Shown here: piece by piece, positions 35,843 to 48,890 of the stretch
How positions within the stretch are numbered: position 1 is the first letter of the stretch
Layout of the letters: each line of letters begins with the position of its first letter
From: Hemiscyllium ocellatum
Taxonomy: Eukaryota
NCBI RefSeq assembly: GCF_020745735.1
Contig: NC_083412.1
Coordinates: 58,680,320-58,744,319 of the forward strand
Length of the DNA: 64,000 bases
Direction of reading: 5' to 3'
Notes under the pieces: generated by a model
Database searches by the model: none
Told to the model about the DNA's origin: nothing
What the model saw: only the letters and a program-made list of their open reading frames with translations
Position numbers and translations under genes: made by a program

Positions 35843-38600
35843 CATAAGATCATTAAAAATATAAGAGCAGAATTATGCCATTTGGCCCATCAAAACGATT
35901 CCACCATTCAATCCTTCCTTCCTTTTCGTTTTTCTTTTCTTTCCTTCCATTCCTTTCTCCCCAATAAACTGAGTGTATTTCAGACAAAGATAGATAGGTT
36001 CTTGATTAGCAAGGGATCAATGACTTGACTTTAACAGCCCTCTGCAGCTGCTTTGTCCATTCTTAGCCTATCCGAGTCTTTCTGCAGCCCCTTTGTTTTT
36101 CAACACTACCTGTCCCTCCACCTATCTTTTGTCTCCTCTACACTTAGCAACAATGTCCTCCATTCCATCATTTGAATTTTTTAATGCATAACACAACATG
36201 AACAGGTGTGGTCTGAACACTGACCTCTGCATAACTCCACTAGGCACCAGCTGCCACTGCCTAAAGAGACCTCATTTATCCCCACTCTGCCTTCTGCCAG
36301 TCAGCCAATCCTCTATCCAGTAACTTGCCCCCAAGACACTCCTGTACAGTACTTTTTTCAAAGGCCTTCTGGAAATCCAAATAGATCACATCCACTGGCT
36401 CTCCATTGTTTAACTCGCTTGTTACTTCCTGAAATATTTTTCTAACCGATTTGTCAGATGTGAGTTCCTCTTGATGCAGTGCTTACTCACCCTGTTTTAC
36501 CATGCACTTCTACGTATTCCACAATCTCATTCTTAATGGATTCAAACTTCTTACCAACACCCAAGATCAGGCTAACAGCCCTAAAGTTTCCTGTCTTCTG
36601 GCTCTTTCTCTTCCCCCCCCCCCCCCCCCCCCCCCCCCCCGCTTCTTAAACAGGGATATAACGTTAGCCATTTTCCAATCCTCAGGACCCTCCCTGACTC
36701 AGTCCTGAAAGATCACCACTAATGCCCTACAATCCCCTCTGCTTTCTCCTCAGAACTCTGGGGTGTAATCTATCTGGTCCTAGTGATTTATCTACTCTCA
36801 GACCTTTTCGGCTTCGTCAGCAGTTTGTTCCTGGTATAGGCCACTCACTCACTTCTGCCCCTTTACTCTCTAAGTTCTGGTATACTGCTGGTGTCTTCCA
36901 CTGTGAAAAATGATGCAAAGTACCTATTCAGTTCCCACTTTTTCTCTGTTTCTCATTACTACTCCTCCAGCCTCATTTTCCAGTGGTCTATCTCTCTAAC
37001 ACCTCGCTAGATCTTAAAAGGTGATCACAAGAGTTTCTTTATATTACGAACGAGCTTGTTTACCCTCATTTCTTCATCTCCCCCACTTTTTTTTTTAAAA
37101 TTTAAGTTATTAAATAGTTTGGCTTTATTAAAAGTTTGGCTTTTAAAGGCTTCTCAACCTTTGCCTTCCCACGAAGGGAAGTTTTTATGCTGTCCCTGAC
37201 TTCCCTTGTCAGCCATGGTTGTCTTTCTCTCCTTTTATGTTGTTTCTTCCTTGGGATGAATTTCAGCTGTGCCTCTGAATTACCTTCAGCCACTTGTACC
37301 ATTGTGGTTCCGCCACCATCACTTCCAATCAACTCTGGCCAGCTCCTTCTTCGTGTCTTTTACTCTATCATCTTCTATCTGATTCCAGTTTCTCTCTCAA
37401 ACTATAGGCTCAGTTCTATCTTGTTATGTTATGGTCACTGCACTCCTGGGGTTCCTTCACCTTAAGATCCATGATCAAGTCTGCCTCATTACTCATCAAG
37501 TTCAGAATTGCCTGTTCCCTAGTGGGATCTTTGAAAAAAAATCTCCTCCAATATTCTACAAATTCCTTCTGTTAATATCCACTGCAACCTGATTTTTTTT
37601 TTTCCCCCCCCCCAAAGTATACCTGTATATTGAAGCCCCCAATGCTTATTGTAAAAGGGCCTGCCTCGTATGCCTTTTCAATCACCAGATTTATTTTCTT
37701 CCCTGTGCCTTGACTACTGCTTGGAAGCTAATACACACCTCCCATCAGCATCTTCAATTTAGTTTCCCAACCCAATACAGCTTATCTCCCCACCCCAAAC
37801 ATTTTCTATAATTTAATGCAACTGAACCCATTCCCCCACTATTTAGATTAAAACCCTATTCACAGCCTTGGTTATGTCAGTTGCCAGGACTCTGGTGTCA
37901 GCATGATTTGGGGAGCTGATTTCATTGGAACAGTTCCCTCTTTCCCAAGTACTGATGCCGATGTCTCATGCATTTGAACCGGTTTCTCCCACACCAATCT
38001 TTGAGCTGCACATTTCCCTCTGTAAACCTTGTGTCAATTTGTTTGTGGCTCAAGTAGTCTGAAGATTATTACCTATTTTATTTTTTTGTTTCCTGTTTAA
38101 TTAGCCCAAGCTGTTCATATTCTCTCAGTAGAACTTCTTTCTACCTGTATAATTGGTACCTACATGGGCTATGACGACTGGTTCTTCCATCTCCCACTTT
38201 AAGTTCTTCTGAAACCCAGATGACATACGCTGTAGCTGAGCACTAGGCAGACAGCATAGCCTTTGGGACACTCAGACTTGGCCACAGCGAACACTACTGA
38301 ACCTGACTATACTATCCCTGATAACAACTATATTTCTCTTTATAAAGCCCCATTCGCATCCATACATGAGCAAGAATCTCAAACTTATTTGACAAACTCA
38401 AGGGCTGAGGCTCCTTCAGCACCATCTCCTGGATCCTTCTACCTGTCTCACACAGTCACATCACCCTGTCCCTGACCACTAACTGTGTGACTGTAAAGAC
38501 GGTGTCCAGGTGAGTCTCTCCCTCTCAACGTGTCAAGGTGTTTGAAGCGCAGAATCTAACTTACCAACTCTGAGCCGAGTTGCTCAAGCTGCCAACACTT
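35843..38600 (-). mobile_element. Fragmented old CR1 LINE(s) spanning 3' end to ORF1
   Basis: CR1 3' tail at 35843, RT motifs (aaggccttctggaaatccaaatag), ORF2/ORF1-like sequence to 38600. Confidence 0.7.
36613..36640. repeat. Poly(C)28 homopolymer inside CR1
   Basis: Direct count of 28 C. Confidence 0.9.
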
Positions 38601-38603
38601 AAG

Positions 38604-39197
38604 AGTTGTACAGATGTACAGTATGGAAACAGACCTTTCAGACCAACTTGTCCACACCAATCAGATATCCAAAATAAACCTAATAGCATATCCCTCTAAA
38701 CTGTTCCTATTTATTTATTCACCCATCCAACTTTTCCACTTCCTCTGGCAGCTCATTCCACAGATGCACCACCCACTGCATGAAAAAGTTGCTCCTTAGG
38801 TCCCCATAAATGTTTTCCCATGTCATCCTAACCCTATGCCCTCTAGGTTTGGACTCCTTCACCTGGGGAAAATGACTTGTCTATTTACCCCATCCATGCC
38901 CCTCATTATTTTAAAAGCCTCTGAAGACCACACCTCAGCCTCTGACACTTCAGGGAAATGTAGCCAGAGTCTGTCACCCTTGTCAATCTTTTCTGAACCC
39001 TTTCAAGTTTCACAACATCCTTCTGCTAGGAAGGAAACCAGAACCAACCACACTATTCCAAAAGCAGCTTAATGTGCTTTACAGCAGCAACATGACCTCT
39101 TCACTCCTATACTCCATGCACTGACCAATAAAGGCAAGCATACCAAACTCCACCTTCACTAGCCTATCTAAAGACAACTCCACGTCCAAGGAACAAT
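38604..39197 (-). mobile_element. HER1/CR1 LINE 3' fragment
   Basis: Same tail and body as 43070-43660, more diverged. Confidence 0.88.
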
Positions 39198-39250
39198 AAA
39201 CCTACATTCCAAGGTCTTGCTATCGATGTGGTCAATACAAACCATAAAGG

Positions 39251-39850
39251 CGAAGAGTGTGGTGTTGGAAAAGCACAACCTGCTGGGCAGCATCCAAGGA
39301 GCAGGAGAATCAACAGTTCGGGCATAAGCTCTTCTTCAGGAATGAGACTTATGGGACAAGGCGACAAGAGATAAATGGGAGGGGGGAGGGGTGTAGATGA
39401 AGGTGGGGTTGAAAGGGATAGGTGAAAGAGGAGGGTGGAGTAGACAGGTGCGAAGGAAAATGGGTAGGTAGGACAGTTCGAGAGGGCAGTGCTGAGATAA
39501 GGTGGGGTGGGAGGGAAAAAGTGGTAACTGGTGAAATCCACATTGATCTTGTGTGGTTGCAGGATCCCGAAGCATTCTTCCTCCAGGTGTTGGGTAGTAA
39601 GGGTTAGGTGATGCAGGAGACCTCGGATGTGCATGTCCTTGGTGGAGTTGGAGGGGGAGTTAAAGTATTCAGCCATGGGACAGTGGGGCTGGTGGCCAGA
39701 GATGTTCTCTGAAACGATTTGCAAGTTGGCGTCCTGTCTCCTCACTGTAGAGGAGACTACATCGGGAACAATGGATACAGTAGATGACGTGTGTGGAAGT
39801 ACAGGTAAATTTCTGTCAGATGTGGATCTGCAGTCCTCACTTTCTCCTAG
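39251..39850 (-). mobile_element. Penelope-like family C fragment (GIY-YIG C-terminus, tail-less end left, inverted tail-only end at 39823-39850)
   Basis: ANLQIVSENISGHQPHCPMAEYFNSPS..; approximate TSD aacca(t/c)aaagg 39240-39250 / 39857-39867. Confidence 0.82.
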
Positions 39851-39974
39851 TTGATGAACCACAAAGGGTTCCACCAACTCCCACATCATGCAAGTAGAAG
39901 ATATTGCTTGGCCCAGTATCGCTTTTTGTAAAAATTCATAGTAGTCTTTTAGTTTGTCGCTTGTAAATATTTAA

Positions 39975-40179
39975 GTAAAAAATGAGGTCTGCAGATGCTG
40001 GAGATCACAGCTGCAAATGTGTTGCTGGTCAAAGCACAGCAGGTTAGGCAGCATCTCAGGAATAGAGAATTCGACGTTTCGAGCATAAGCCTGATGAAGG
40101 GCTTATGCTCGAAACGTTGAATTCTCTATTCCTGAGATGCTGCCTAACCTGCTGTGCTTTGACCAGCAACACATTTGCA
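39975..40179. mobile_element. Penelope family A mini-hairpin (81 bp stem, 10 nt loop CTGATGAAGG, 35 nt tail)
   Basis: Perfect 16 bp TSD gcttgtaaatatttaa 39959-39974 and 40180-40195. Confidence 0.95.
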
Positions 40180-41349
40180 GCTTGTAAATATTTAACCTAT
40201 TTACCTTAATTCTAGAAGTAACCTATAATAGATAGTCAAATTAGTAACTATCACCAACCAATGAACTTAAGGTTTTCGTGGGATATCAGCATTCTGTGCT
40301 GGGTCCCTCATCCTGGGCTTTAATTTTTTCCGTTTTAAAAACAAAACCTTATAAACAACAAGACAAAAAGAAAAAGCAAGCAAAAAGCACCTCGCTCACC
40401 TCTGCATTGAATTCCCCTGTTGTCTCCAAATTCCTTGATCTATATACTCACTCCAGATGCAATCTCTCCTTCCTGACTGTGTGAAGCTTACTGATCAGAC
40501 CCAGCAATAGACTGTAACAACTTGCAACTGTATCAGCTGGATGGGTGATGAGGGCACTGATATTATTAGAGTGGTGTAAAGATGAACATTGTGATCTAGA
40601 GGACAGTAAGCTGACACTCCGGGATGCTAACTGGGAAGTACCTCCACATCCTGATGATAACAGATTGCTGGGCTGCTGAGAGACTCTCCAGAGCACCTTT
40701 GAACACTGATATCCACAGCCATGGTACAACAGAAGAACCCTGAAATTTTATAGAAAACAAAAACTGAAATTTTGTCATATATGTCTGAGCTGCGATGAAT
40801 CACTGCAGTGCTCCTGTGCGTTGGCAAAATCCAAATATGGGCCATAGGTGCTCCTTCCTGTTTGATTCTGCTGGTGCTCTCACAGGGTCAGTCAGCATTT
40901 GCTGTACTCCAATCTGCCACAGTTTAGAGCTCAAATATTTCACTCTCCCTGACAGTAATAGAAGATTGTCTAGCAGGCCTGTTGGTGGATGAAGCATCTT
41001 GTTTCCGTACATCAGTGTTGTTTTTTTGGCCATCCTCCTCAAAGTCCATATCTGAGACCTTTATAACACAGCTCCTCCATGACCTCACCATCCAGGGACC
41101 TGTACATAAGCTACACATTCCTTCTCTCCTCAATATGTCGATAAGGGTGAGGAGGGATTTGAGGTGGGGTGTAGGACAATCAAGTACTATTTTCCTTGCA
41201 GTGACCAGCTCTGTGTGATCCTCAGCACCATCTCCATCATCACACGCAGGTGACGTCTGGCAGCCTCCTGCCAACAGACTGCTAGTCTCTCCTGACATGT
41301 GAGACTTCAAGCAATGGAGAGGACAGAATGCCAGGGATTCATATTGGAG

Positions 41350-42545
41350 GAGAAAGCGAGGACTGCAGATGCTGGAGATCAGAGTTGAGAGTGTGCTGCT
41401 GGAAAAGCACAGCAGGTCAGGCAGCATCTGAGGAGCAGGAGAATTGATGTTTCGGGCTTAAGCCTTTCATCAGGAATGAAGCTTATGGGCCAAGGGGGCT
41501 GAGAGATAAATGGGAGGGGGTGGGGAGAAGGTAGCTGAGAATGTTATAGGTAGATGAAGGTGGGGTGAAAAAAAGTGATAAGTCAAAGAGGATGATGGAG
41601 CAGACAGGTGGGAAGGAAAATGGATGGGTTAAGCATGCGGTGCCGAGTTGGAGGCTTGGGACTTGGATAAGGTTAGGTGAGGGGAAATGAGGAACCTGGT
41701 GAAATCCACATTGCTCCTGTGTGGTTGCAGGGTCCCAAGACTGAAGATGAGGCATTCTTCCTCCAGGTATTGGGAGGTTAGGAATTGGTGATAGAGGAGG
41801 CCCAGCACCTGCATGTCCTTGATAGAGTGGGAGGGGGAGTTGAAGTGTTCGGCCACAGGGTGGTGGGATTTGTTGGTGCGGCTGTCCCAGAGATGTTCTC
41901 TGAAATGATCCACAACTTGACGTCCTGTCTCCCTGATGTAGTGGAGACCACATTGGGTGCAACAGATGCAGTAGATGACGTGTGGAAATCCAGGCAAATT
42001 TCTTTCGGACGTGGAAGGATCTTTCGGGGCCTTGGACAGAAATGAGGGGGGAGGTGTGGGTGCAGGTTTTGCACTTTCTGCGGTGGCAGGGGAAGGTGCC
42101 AGGAGTGGGCTGGTGGAGAGTGGGGTGGGGGGCATGGATTTGATAAGGGAGTCATGGAGGGAATGGTCCTTCTAAAATGCTGATGGGGTGGGGAGGGAAA
42201 CATATCCCTAGTGGTGGGGTCTGCTTGTAGTTGGCAGAAGTGGCTGAGGATGATGCAATGTATCTGGCAGTTGATGGGTGGAAGGTGAGTACCAGGGGGG
42301 TGTTGTCCTTCTTGTGATTGGTGGAGTGGGGTTTAAGGGCGGAGATGCAAGAAGTGGAGGAGATGCACTGGAGGGAATCGTCGATCACCTGTGAGGGGAA
42401 ATTGCGGCCTTTGAAGGAGGAGGCCATCTGGGATGCTCTATGGTGGAATTGGTCGTCCTGGGAATAGATGCAGCAGTGGTGGAGGAATTGGGAAATAAGG
42501 GACAGCATTTTTACAGGATCCAGGTGAAATTGAGGTCAGGGTGGA
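41350..42545 (-). mobile_element. Penelope-like family C fragment, ~1.2 kb, older
   Basis: Frameshifted ASSFKGRNFP..; HVIYCICCTQCGLHYIRETGR; terminal tail gagaaagcgaggactgcag. Confidence 0.9.
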
Positions 42546-42744
42546 AGGTGTTGGCTTGGAGGCAGGGAGATGCGGCTGAGAGGTTGTAAATATAGTCGAG
42601 AGAGAATGCTGAAGGAATGGGTGTGTAGTGTACTGAGAAAGAGTAGAATTTAGTGGCTTGTTGAATAAAAGGCAAATTGAAGATGCATTCATAGACATTA
42701 CGCCATCATGTTAAATTGTGGAATTAAATGCTTGTCTAGCAGCA

Positions 42745-42925
42745 CCTTGTAACTATTGTTCATTGTAATGAAAACACATGGCCTTTAGTGAAATAAATCT
42801 GCATCCTTACCCAGTCTCCAGACCCACAGCACTATGGTTAATTCACCTGCCCTCTGAAATGGTTTAACTACTCCATCAATGGTCACACCAGCAATGTCTA
42901 CATCCCATACAAGTTTTTATTAAAA
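42745..42925 (+). mobile_element. DeuSINE 3' fragment
   Basis: atctgcatccttacccagtctccagacccacagc..ctgccctctgaaatgg. Confidence 0.6.
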
Positions 42926-42970
42926 ATGTGATTTAGACTCCCTCTGGCAGTTAGTTAAATTGTCAAGGTA

Positions 42971-43024
42971 TAAACTCTGAGCATTGACATTCCTTGCCAT
43001 CTCCTCCCATTCTCTGTGGAGGGT
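42971..43024 (-). mobile_element. Possible Harbinger Myb/SANT-like gene remnant
   Basis: TLHREWEEMARNVNAQSL after a strong acceptor (tttcttttggctttttgctag); resembles SANT helix W..(I/V)A..VN. Confidence 0.4.
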
Positions 43025-43069
43025 CTAGCAAAAAGCCAAAAGAAATGTGGCTTGTTTGTGGAGTCCATC

Positions 43070-44224
43070 TTAGAGTCGTAGAGATGTACAACATGGAAAC
43101 AGACCTTTCGGTCCAACCCGTCCAAGCCGACCAGATATCACAAACCAATCTTGTCCCACCTGCCAGCACAGGGCCCATATCCCTCCAAACCCTTCCTATT
43201 CATATACCCATCCAAATGCCTCTTAAAATGTTGAAATTGTACCAGCCTCTACCACTTCTTCTGGCAGCTCATTCCATACACGTACCACCCTCTGTGTGAA
43301 AAAGTTGCCCCTTAGGTCTCTTTTATATCTTTCTCCTCTCACCCTAAACCTATGCCCTCTAGTTCTGGACTCCCTGACCCCAGGGAAAAGAATTTGTCTA
43401 CTTACCCTATCCATACCCTCATGATTTTGTAAACCTCTACAAGGTCACCTCCGACACTCCAGGGAAAACAGCCCCAGCCTGTTCAACTTCTTCCTATAGC
43501 TCAAATCCTCCAACCCTGGCAACATCCTTGTAAATCTTTTCTGAACCCTTTCAAGTTTCACAACATCTTTCCGATAGGAAGGAGACCAGAATTGCATGCA
43601 ATATTCCAACAGTGGTCTAACTAATTTCCTCTATAGCCGCAACATGACATCCCAACTCCTGTAGGAGAAAGTGAGGACTGCAGATGCTCGAGACCAGAGT
43701 TGAAAAATATGATGCTGGAAAAACACAGCAGGCCAGGTAGCATCCGAGGAGCAGGTCCTACTCCTCCGATGCTGCCTGGCCTGCTGTGTCTTTCCAGCAC
43801 CAAATTTTTCAATCCCAACTCCTGTACTCAATACTCTGACCAGTAAAGGAAAGCATATCAAACGCCTTCTTCACTATCCTATCTACTTGCGACTCCACTT
43901 TCAAGGAGCTAAGAACCAGCACTCCAAGGTCTCTTTGTTCAGCAACACTCCTTAGGACCTTACCATTAAGTGCATAAATCCTGCTAAGATTTGCTTTCCC
44001 AAAATACAGCACCTCGCATTTATCAGAATTAAACTTCATCTGCCACTTCTCAGCCCATGGGCCCATCTGGTCAAGATCCTGCTGTAAACTGAGGTAAGCC
44101 TCCTCGCTGTCCACTACACTTCCAATTCACTATTCTATCTACCTCCCACTCCACTTTCAAGGAGCTATGAACCTGCACTCCAAGGTCTCTTTGTTCAGCA
44201 ACACTCCCTAGGACCTTACCATTA
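43070..44224 (-). mobile_element. HER1/CR1 LINE 3' fragment with nested PLE and 5'-junction duplication
   Basis: RT C-terminus DLDQMGPWAEKWQMKFN..EVLYFG; typical tail. Confidence 0.92.
43664..43811. mobile_element. Penelope family C mini-hairpin nested in HER1 (centre 43756)
   Basis: 15 bp TSD atcccaactcctgta 43649-43663 and 43812-43826. Confidence 0.9.
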
Positions 44225-44789
44225 TCTTCTTGACTCTCATGTACATTAATTAATCTTTGATTCTCTTTGCTGGGGTAATGTTCCATATTTTTCTTTGCTT
44301 CCAGAATTGCATGATGTTGGCAACCTTTAGACCTCACTTGAGTGATCAACTGCCTTTTAAGAGATGGAGGCAAACTAGAGACAACATGTGTTATCCGTGC
44401 ATCATGTTAGACCTCTATTACGGTTGAAGCCTGTGTACAATGTGGTTGCACACCATAGCCATTTGAATGAGGCTGTACAAAATTAACATGCAGCTGGTCT
44501 CCAAGGTGATCCTCCACTCCTGAAAGCTGAGCAATTCAACTCTAGCACACCAAGAATGAATATTTCCAGATGTATGAAATTGTATTTCCCTTTTCTAATT
44601 ACCATAATAATCCTGAAAACATTTTTATAAAAGTCCCAAGTACCATGGAAATGTTAATCAAATCATGAAGCAAACAATCTATCACTTTCCAAACGTCAAT
44701 GTCACCTGACCTTGTCTTTTTGCTGAATTGAGATTTTCAAGAAACGCAATTATTTCAATCTATATAGTTCCGTTAGTGTAATAAACACT

Positions 44790-45900
44790 CCAAAGAGTTT
44801 TACAGAAGCATTATAAAACAAAATATTTCACTTTTACTTTGGGTCAGGTGAAAACATCTTGGTTAAGAAGGTACGTTTTGAGGACTGACTTAAATGAGGG
44901 AAACGGAGCAGAGTTTATGGAGGATGGAACGTGGGAGATCAACCATTGGAATAGATTAGATTACTTACACAGTGTGGAAACAGGCCCTTCAGGCCAGCAA
45001 GTCCACACTGACCCTCCGAAGAGCAACCCACCCAGACCCATTCCCCTTCATTTACCCCTTCACCTAACACTACGGGCAATTTAGCATGGCCAATTCACCT
45101 AGTCTGCACATCTTTGGACTGTGGGAGGAAACCCACACAGACACAGGGAGAATGTGCAAACTCCACACAGAGAGTCACCTGAGGCAGGAATTGAACCCGG
45201 GTCTCTGGTGCTGTGAGGCAGCAGTGCTGACCACTGTGCCACCGTGCCACCCATAATAGTCGAGACTAAGAGTTTCAAAGGCATGAATGAGGGTTTCAGT
45301 GTCAAATGAACTGATCCAGAGGTAGAGTTGGATAATGTTATCAAGGTGTAAACAGGCTTGGATTTGGCATGAATAAATAATTGAAATCTCATCCCAGGAT
45401 CAAAACTAAGATTCTGAAGGGTCTGTTTCATCTTCCAATAATTGGCAGGGATAGGAATTAATTTGGTAGCTGGGGAATGTAGTTTGGAGCAGGATGAAAA
45501 AGGCTTTCAATTTTCCCAAATTTAATTGGAGGAAATTTCTCATTTGGTATTTGATGTCAAACAAGTAGTCTGATAATTTAGCAACAATGGAGGAGTGGAA
45601 AGCATGGTTGGTGAAATAAAGGCAGGTGTCATTGGCACACATGTGAGAGCTAGCCTGTTTTCTGATTTTACCAGAAGGCAGAAATATCTGAGTAAATGCA
45701 AAGGGACAGAGATGGAGCAGTCTGTGCACAGAGCCGATAGTGAGGGAGTGAAAAGAGATGACATGCTTGATGGTTCTCTGGGTATAAGTGGGCAGATCAG
45801 AATGGCACCAGATGAATGCAGTTCTACCCTGGATAACAGTAGAGAGGAATTTGAGGATAAACTGCCAAAGGTTGCAAATGATTAAGAATAGAGGACAAAA
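44790..45900 (-). mobile_element. L2-like LINE RT fragment interrupted by HE1
   Basis: HMCANDTCLY..LSDYLFDIKYQMRNFLQLNLGK resembles L2 HMYADDTQLY..WM..NFLQLN. Confidence 0.7.
44952..45252 (-). mobile_element. HE1 SINE (small internal deletion)
   Basis: A/B boxes, V-domain, tail. Confidence 0.92.
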
Positions 45901-47518
45901 GAAAGAACCTTTGTCATATTGAATGTCACTAGTGCCTTTGATTTTTTATACAATAGCAAGAGCACACACCTAATTGGAGGAAATTCCCATAAAGAAGGGC
46001 AATAATGAGCTGGTAAAGGAGGTTAGGGTTGATGGATAATGTGAGCTTGGCAAAGGCAGTAAAGGGGATAGGAGACACAAGAGGAAAGTATGAGTTTACA
46101 GCTAAGACAGAGGAGGGAATGTTTGGTCTGATGGACTAGAAGAAGACAGGAAAGTGAGAAGAATAGTTGACCTGTTGTCTCTATCTTAATGACAGAAGTA
46201 TATGAGTATTTTTGTGATGTGGTGAGGGAAATGAATGAGAAATGTTTTAAGATGGCAATTTGTGATTGAGAATTGGTTGTTGGAATTATACTTTTGCATC
46301 CTCGGATGATCCTAGAATAGTGAACAATTTTAGCAGTTAACAGAACAATGCAACAGCACTTAAATAGAAAATTTTGGAAAAACTCAGCAGGATAAAAAAA
46401 AAACAAGACTGACTGAACACAACAAAAGGAAAAAAAACACCAAAATAAGAAGGAGGCAAAAGTTATGATCCCAAGTTGTTGAACTCAGTTTTGAGTCCAG
46501 AAAGCTGTTAGAGTGCCAAGTCAAAATGTAAGACAGAGAACTGTAGATGCTAGAGAGCTGACACAAAAACAGAGTATATGGTGACAGTAATGTTTTCAGA
46601 CCTGACAATCCTATGCAATTGCAGATGATGTAGTGAGTCTTCAATTTAATTTGCAATCTCTGGCATCACACTGCTGACTGAGTCCAGGCTGTACACCTGA
46701 AGATGCCTTACTGTTCCTGATGTGTCTTTTTATTACATCGTCCTGAAGGGAAGCTGGGAAAATTCTCCATCATATACTAATATGTAGTTTATGACTGAGA
46801 AATGCTGTTGGTGCTCAAAATGTGTGTTCTTGGCCAACTTGCTAGACTTTTAATCTGGCCTCTAATACAATACAAAATGAATGATAGCAGACCATTGGCA
46901 CTATTTTGTTCCAGTTGAATATGGTTGAAACTCTTTTTTTTGTGCTGGTCACCATTTCTTCTCAGCCAAATGAAACATTTCCTTTTATGCCTTTATCAGT
47001 AAACCCAACAGGCTTCTTCCTTTTAGGCATTAATTGCTGGGACCAACTGCTCCCTCCAAAAGCTAAAGTAAAACTCCTTGTCTCCACCAACAGACTATGT
47101 GGGACATGAGTAGAATGGTTGGAACCAACATCATATGATGGGTAACTTCTCAAGAACTATTACCTTGTGGAATAAAATGGACAATTTGGCTGGTTTGGCC
47201 TTCTACAGCATTCAATGAGATCAGGGCTGATCTTGGTCTTCAGTTCTACTTTTTGCACCAATTCCCCTCATCCCGTTATTTCACTGAAGGACCATAACTC
47301 TGTTTAACTCAGTCTTTAATATTTGAAACAGTGCACCACTCATAACCTTGAAGTTGACAATTCCAAATATTCATAGTAGAGTGACAGAAGAATCACAGAA
47401 GTGTTACGGTGCAGAAGGAACATTCATCCCATTATGTGTGCACCAGTTCTTCCACAAGCATTATGACTCAGTGCCATTCCTCAATCTTTTCCCTATACCT
47501 TTGCATACTGTATCTATT

Positions 47519-47735
47519 AGTAAAAAATGAGGTCTGCAGATGCTGGAGATCACAGCTGCAAATGTGTTGCTGGTCAAAGCACAGCAGGTTAGGCAGCATC
47601 TCAGGAATAGAGAATTCAACGTTTCGAGCATAAGCCCTTCATCAGGAATCTGAAGGGCTTATGCTCGAAACGTTGAATTCTCTATTCCTGAGATGCTGCC
47701 TAACCTGCTGTGCTTTGACCAGCAACACATTTGCA
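47519..47735. mobile_element. Penelope family A mini-hairpin (87 bp stem, 9 nt loop, 36 nt tail)
   Basis: Perfect 16 bp TSD gcatactgtatctatt 47503-47518 and 47736-47751. Confidence 0.95.
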
Positions 47736-48409
47736 GCATACTGTATCTATTCAAATAGTCATCTACTACTCTCTTTAATGCCTCAGTTGAACCTGTCTTC
47801 ACCATAAGTCCAGGCAGTGCATTCCAGATCCAATTCACACAAGTACAAGGATCAGACCTTTTAAAAATATTTTGCTTTTCCATTCTTAACACCAAGGTGA
47901 ACACTTCACCACATGATATTTCTCCATCTGACACCATCTTGCCTATTCACTTAATCTGTCAATATCTCTTTGCAGTCTGTCTGTGTCTTCCTCACAGCTT
48001 GCATTGCTACCTCACTTCACAATGCAATTGTCAGTTACTTGCTGCTGTCTCAAGGGGTAGGCTGAGTTGTTGCCTCCAAACTCAATAAGGTTTTTAAAGA
48101 AGGCAGAAATGAGATCAGTAATACATCTTAATGTGCATGCAAGTGTCTTGGTGAGCTTACAAGTTGACTAGCAGTGAGATTGGTATCATCTGGTTGATGC
48201 ATAAACCCAGAAATGCTGCAAACAATTTGCTCAAAAATTTTAACAACTACCTTTCAAAAATATTTGAACATAGTGGTAATGTCAAGCAACTAGTTCACAG
48301 ATTAATACTGCCATTTATTTAAATAATCTCCTGTTTTCAATATCTTTAAATAATTTTATTAAAAAGAATGTTTTAAATTGGGCTTATCCACATAAATGTT
48401 TTAAATAGA

Positions 48410-48890
48410 GTCATGTAACACTGAAACAGACCCTTCAGTCCAATCAGTCCATACCGACCACAATCCCAAACTAAACTAGTCCCACCTGCCTGCGTTTGGC
48501 CCAAACATTTTGTATTCATGTACTTATCCAAATATCATTTTAACTGTACCCACACCCATCACTTTTAGAAGTTCATTCCACACATGAACCATGCTGTGTT
48601 AAAAAAATTGTCCCTCGTCTTTTTTAAATCTTCCTCCTCTCACCTTAAAAATATGGCCCCTAGTCTTGAAACCCCCACACTAGAGAAAAGACACCTGCCA
48701 TTCACTTTATCTATACCCCTCATGATTTTTAAAACCTCTATAAGGGTCACCCTTCAACCTCCTATGCTGTAGTGAAAAAAGTCCCAGCCTACCTAGCCTC
48801 TCCTTATAACTCAAACCCTTCATTCCTGGCAACATCCTGGTAAATCTTTTCTGAACTCTTTCCAGCTTAATAATATCCGCCCTATAGCTT
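48410..48890 (-). mobile_element. HER1-related CR1 3' fragment
   Basis: ERVQKRFTRMLPGM..SYKERL.RLGLFSL. Confidence 0.9.

Noticed and set aside
39853-39900. NHKGFH resembling the Harbinger transposase NRKG(F/Y)H motif
   Set aside because: Too short, overlaps a TSD, and the following residues do not fit
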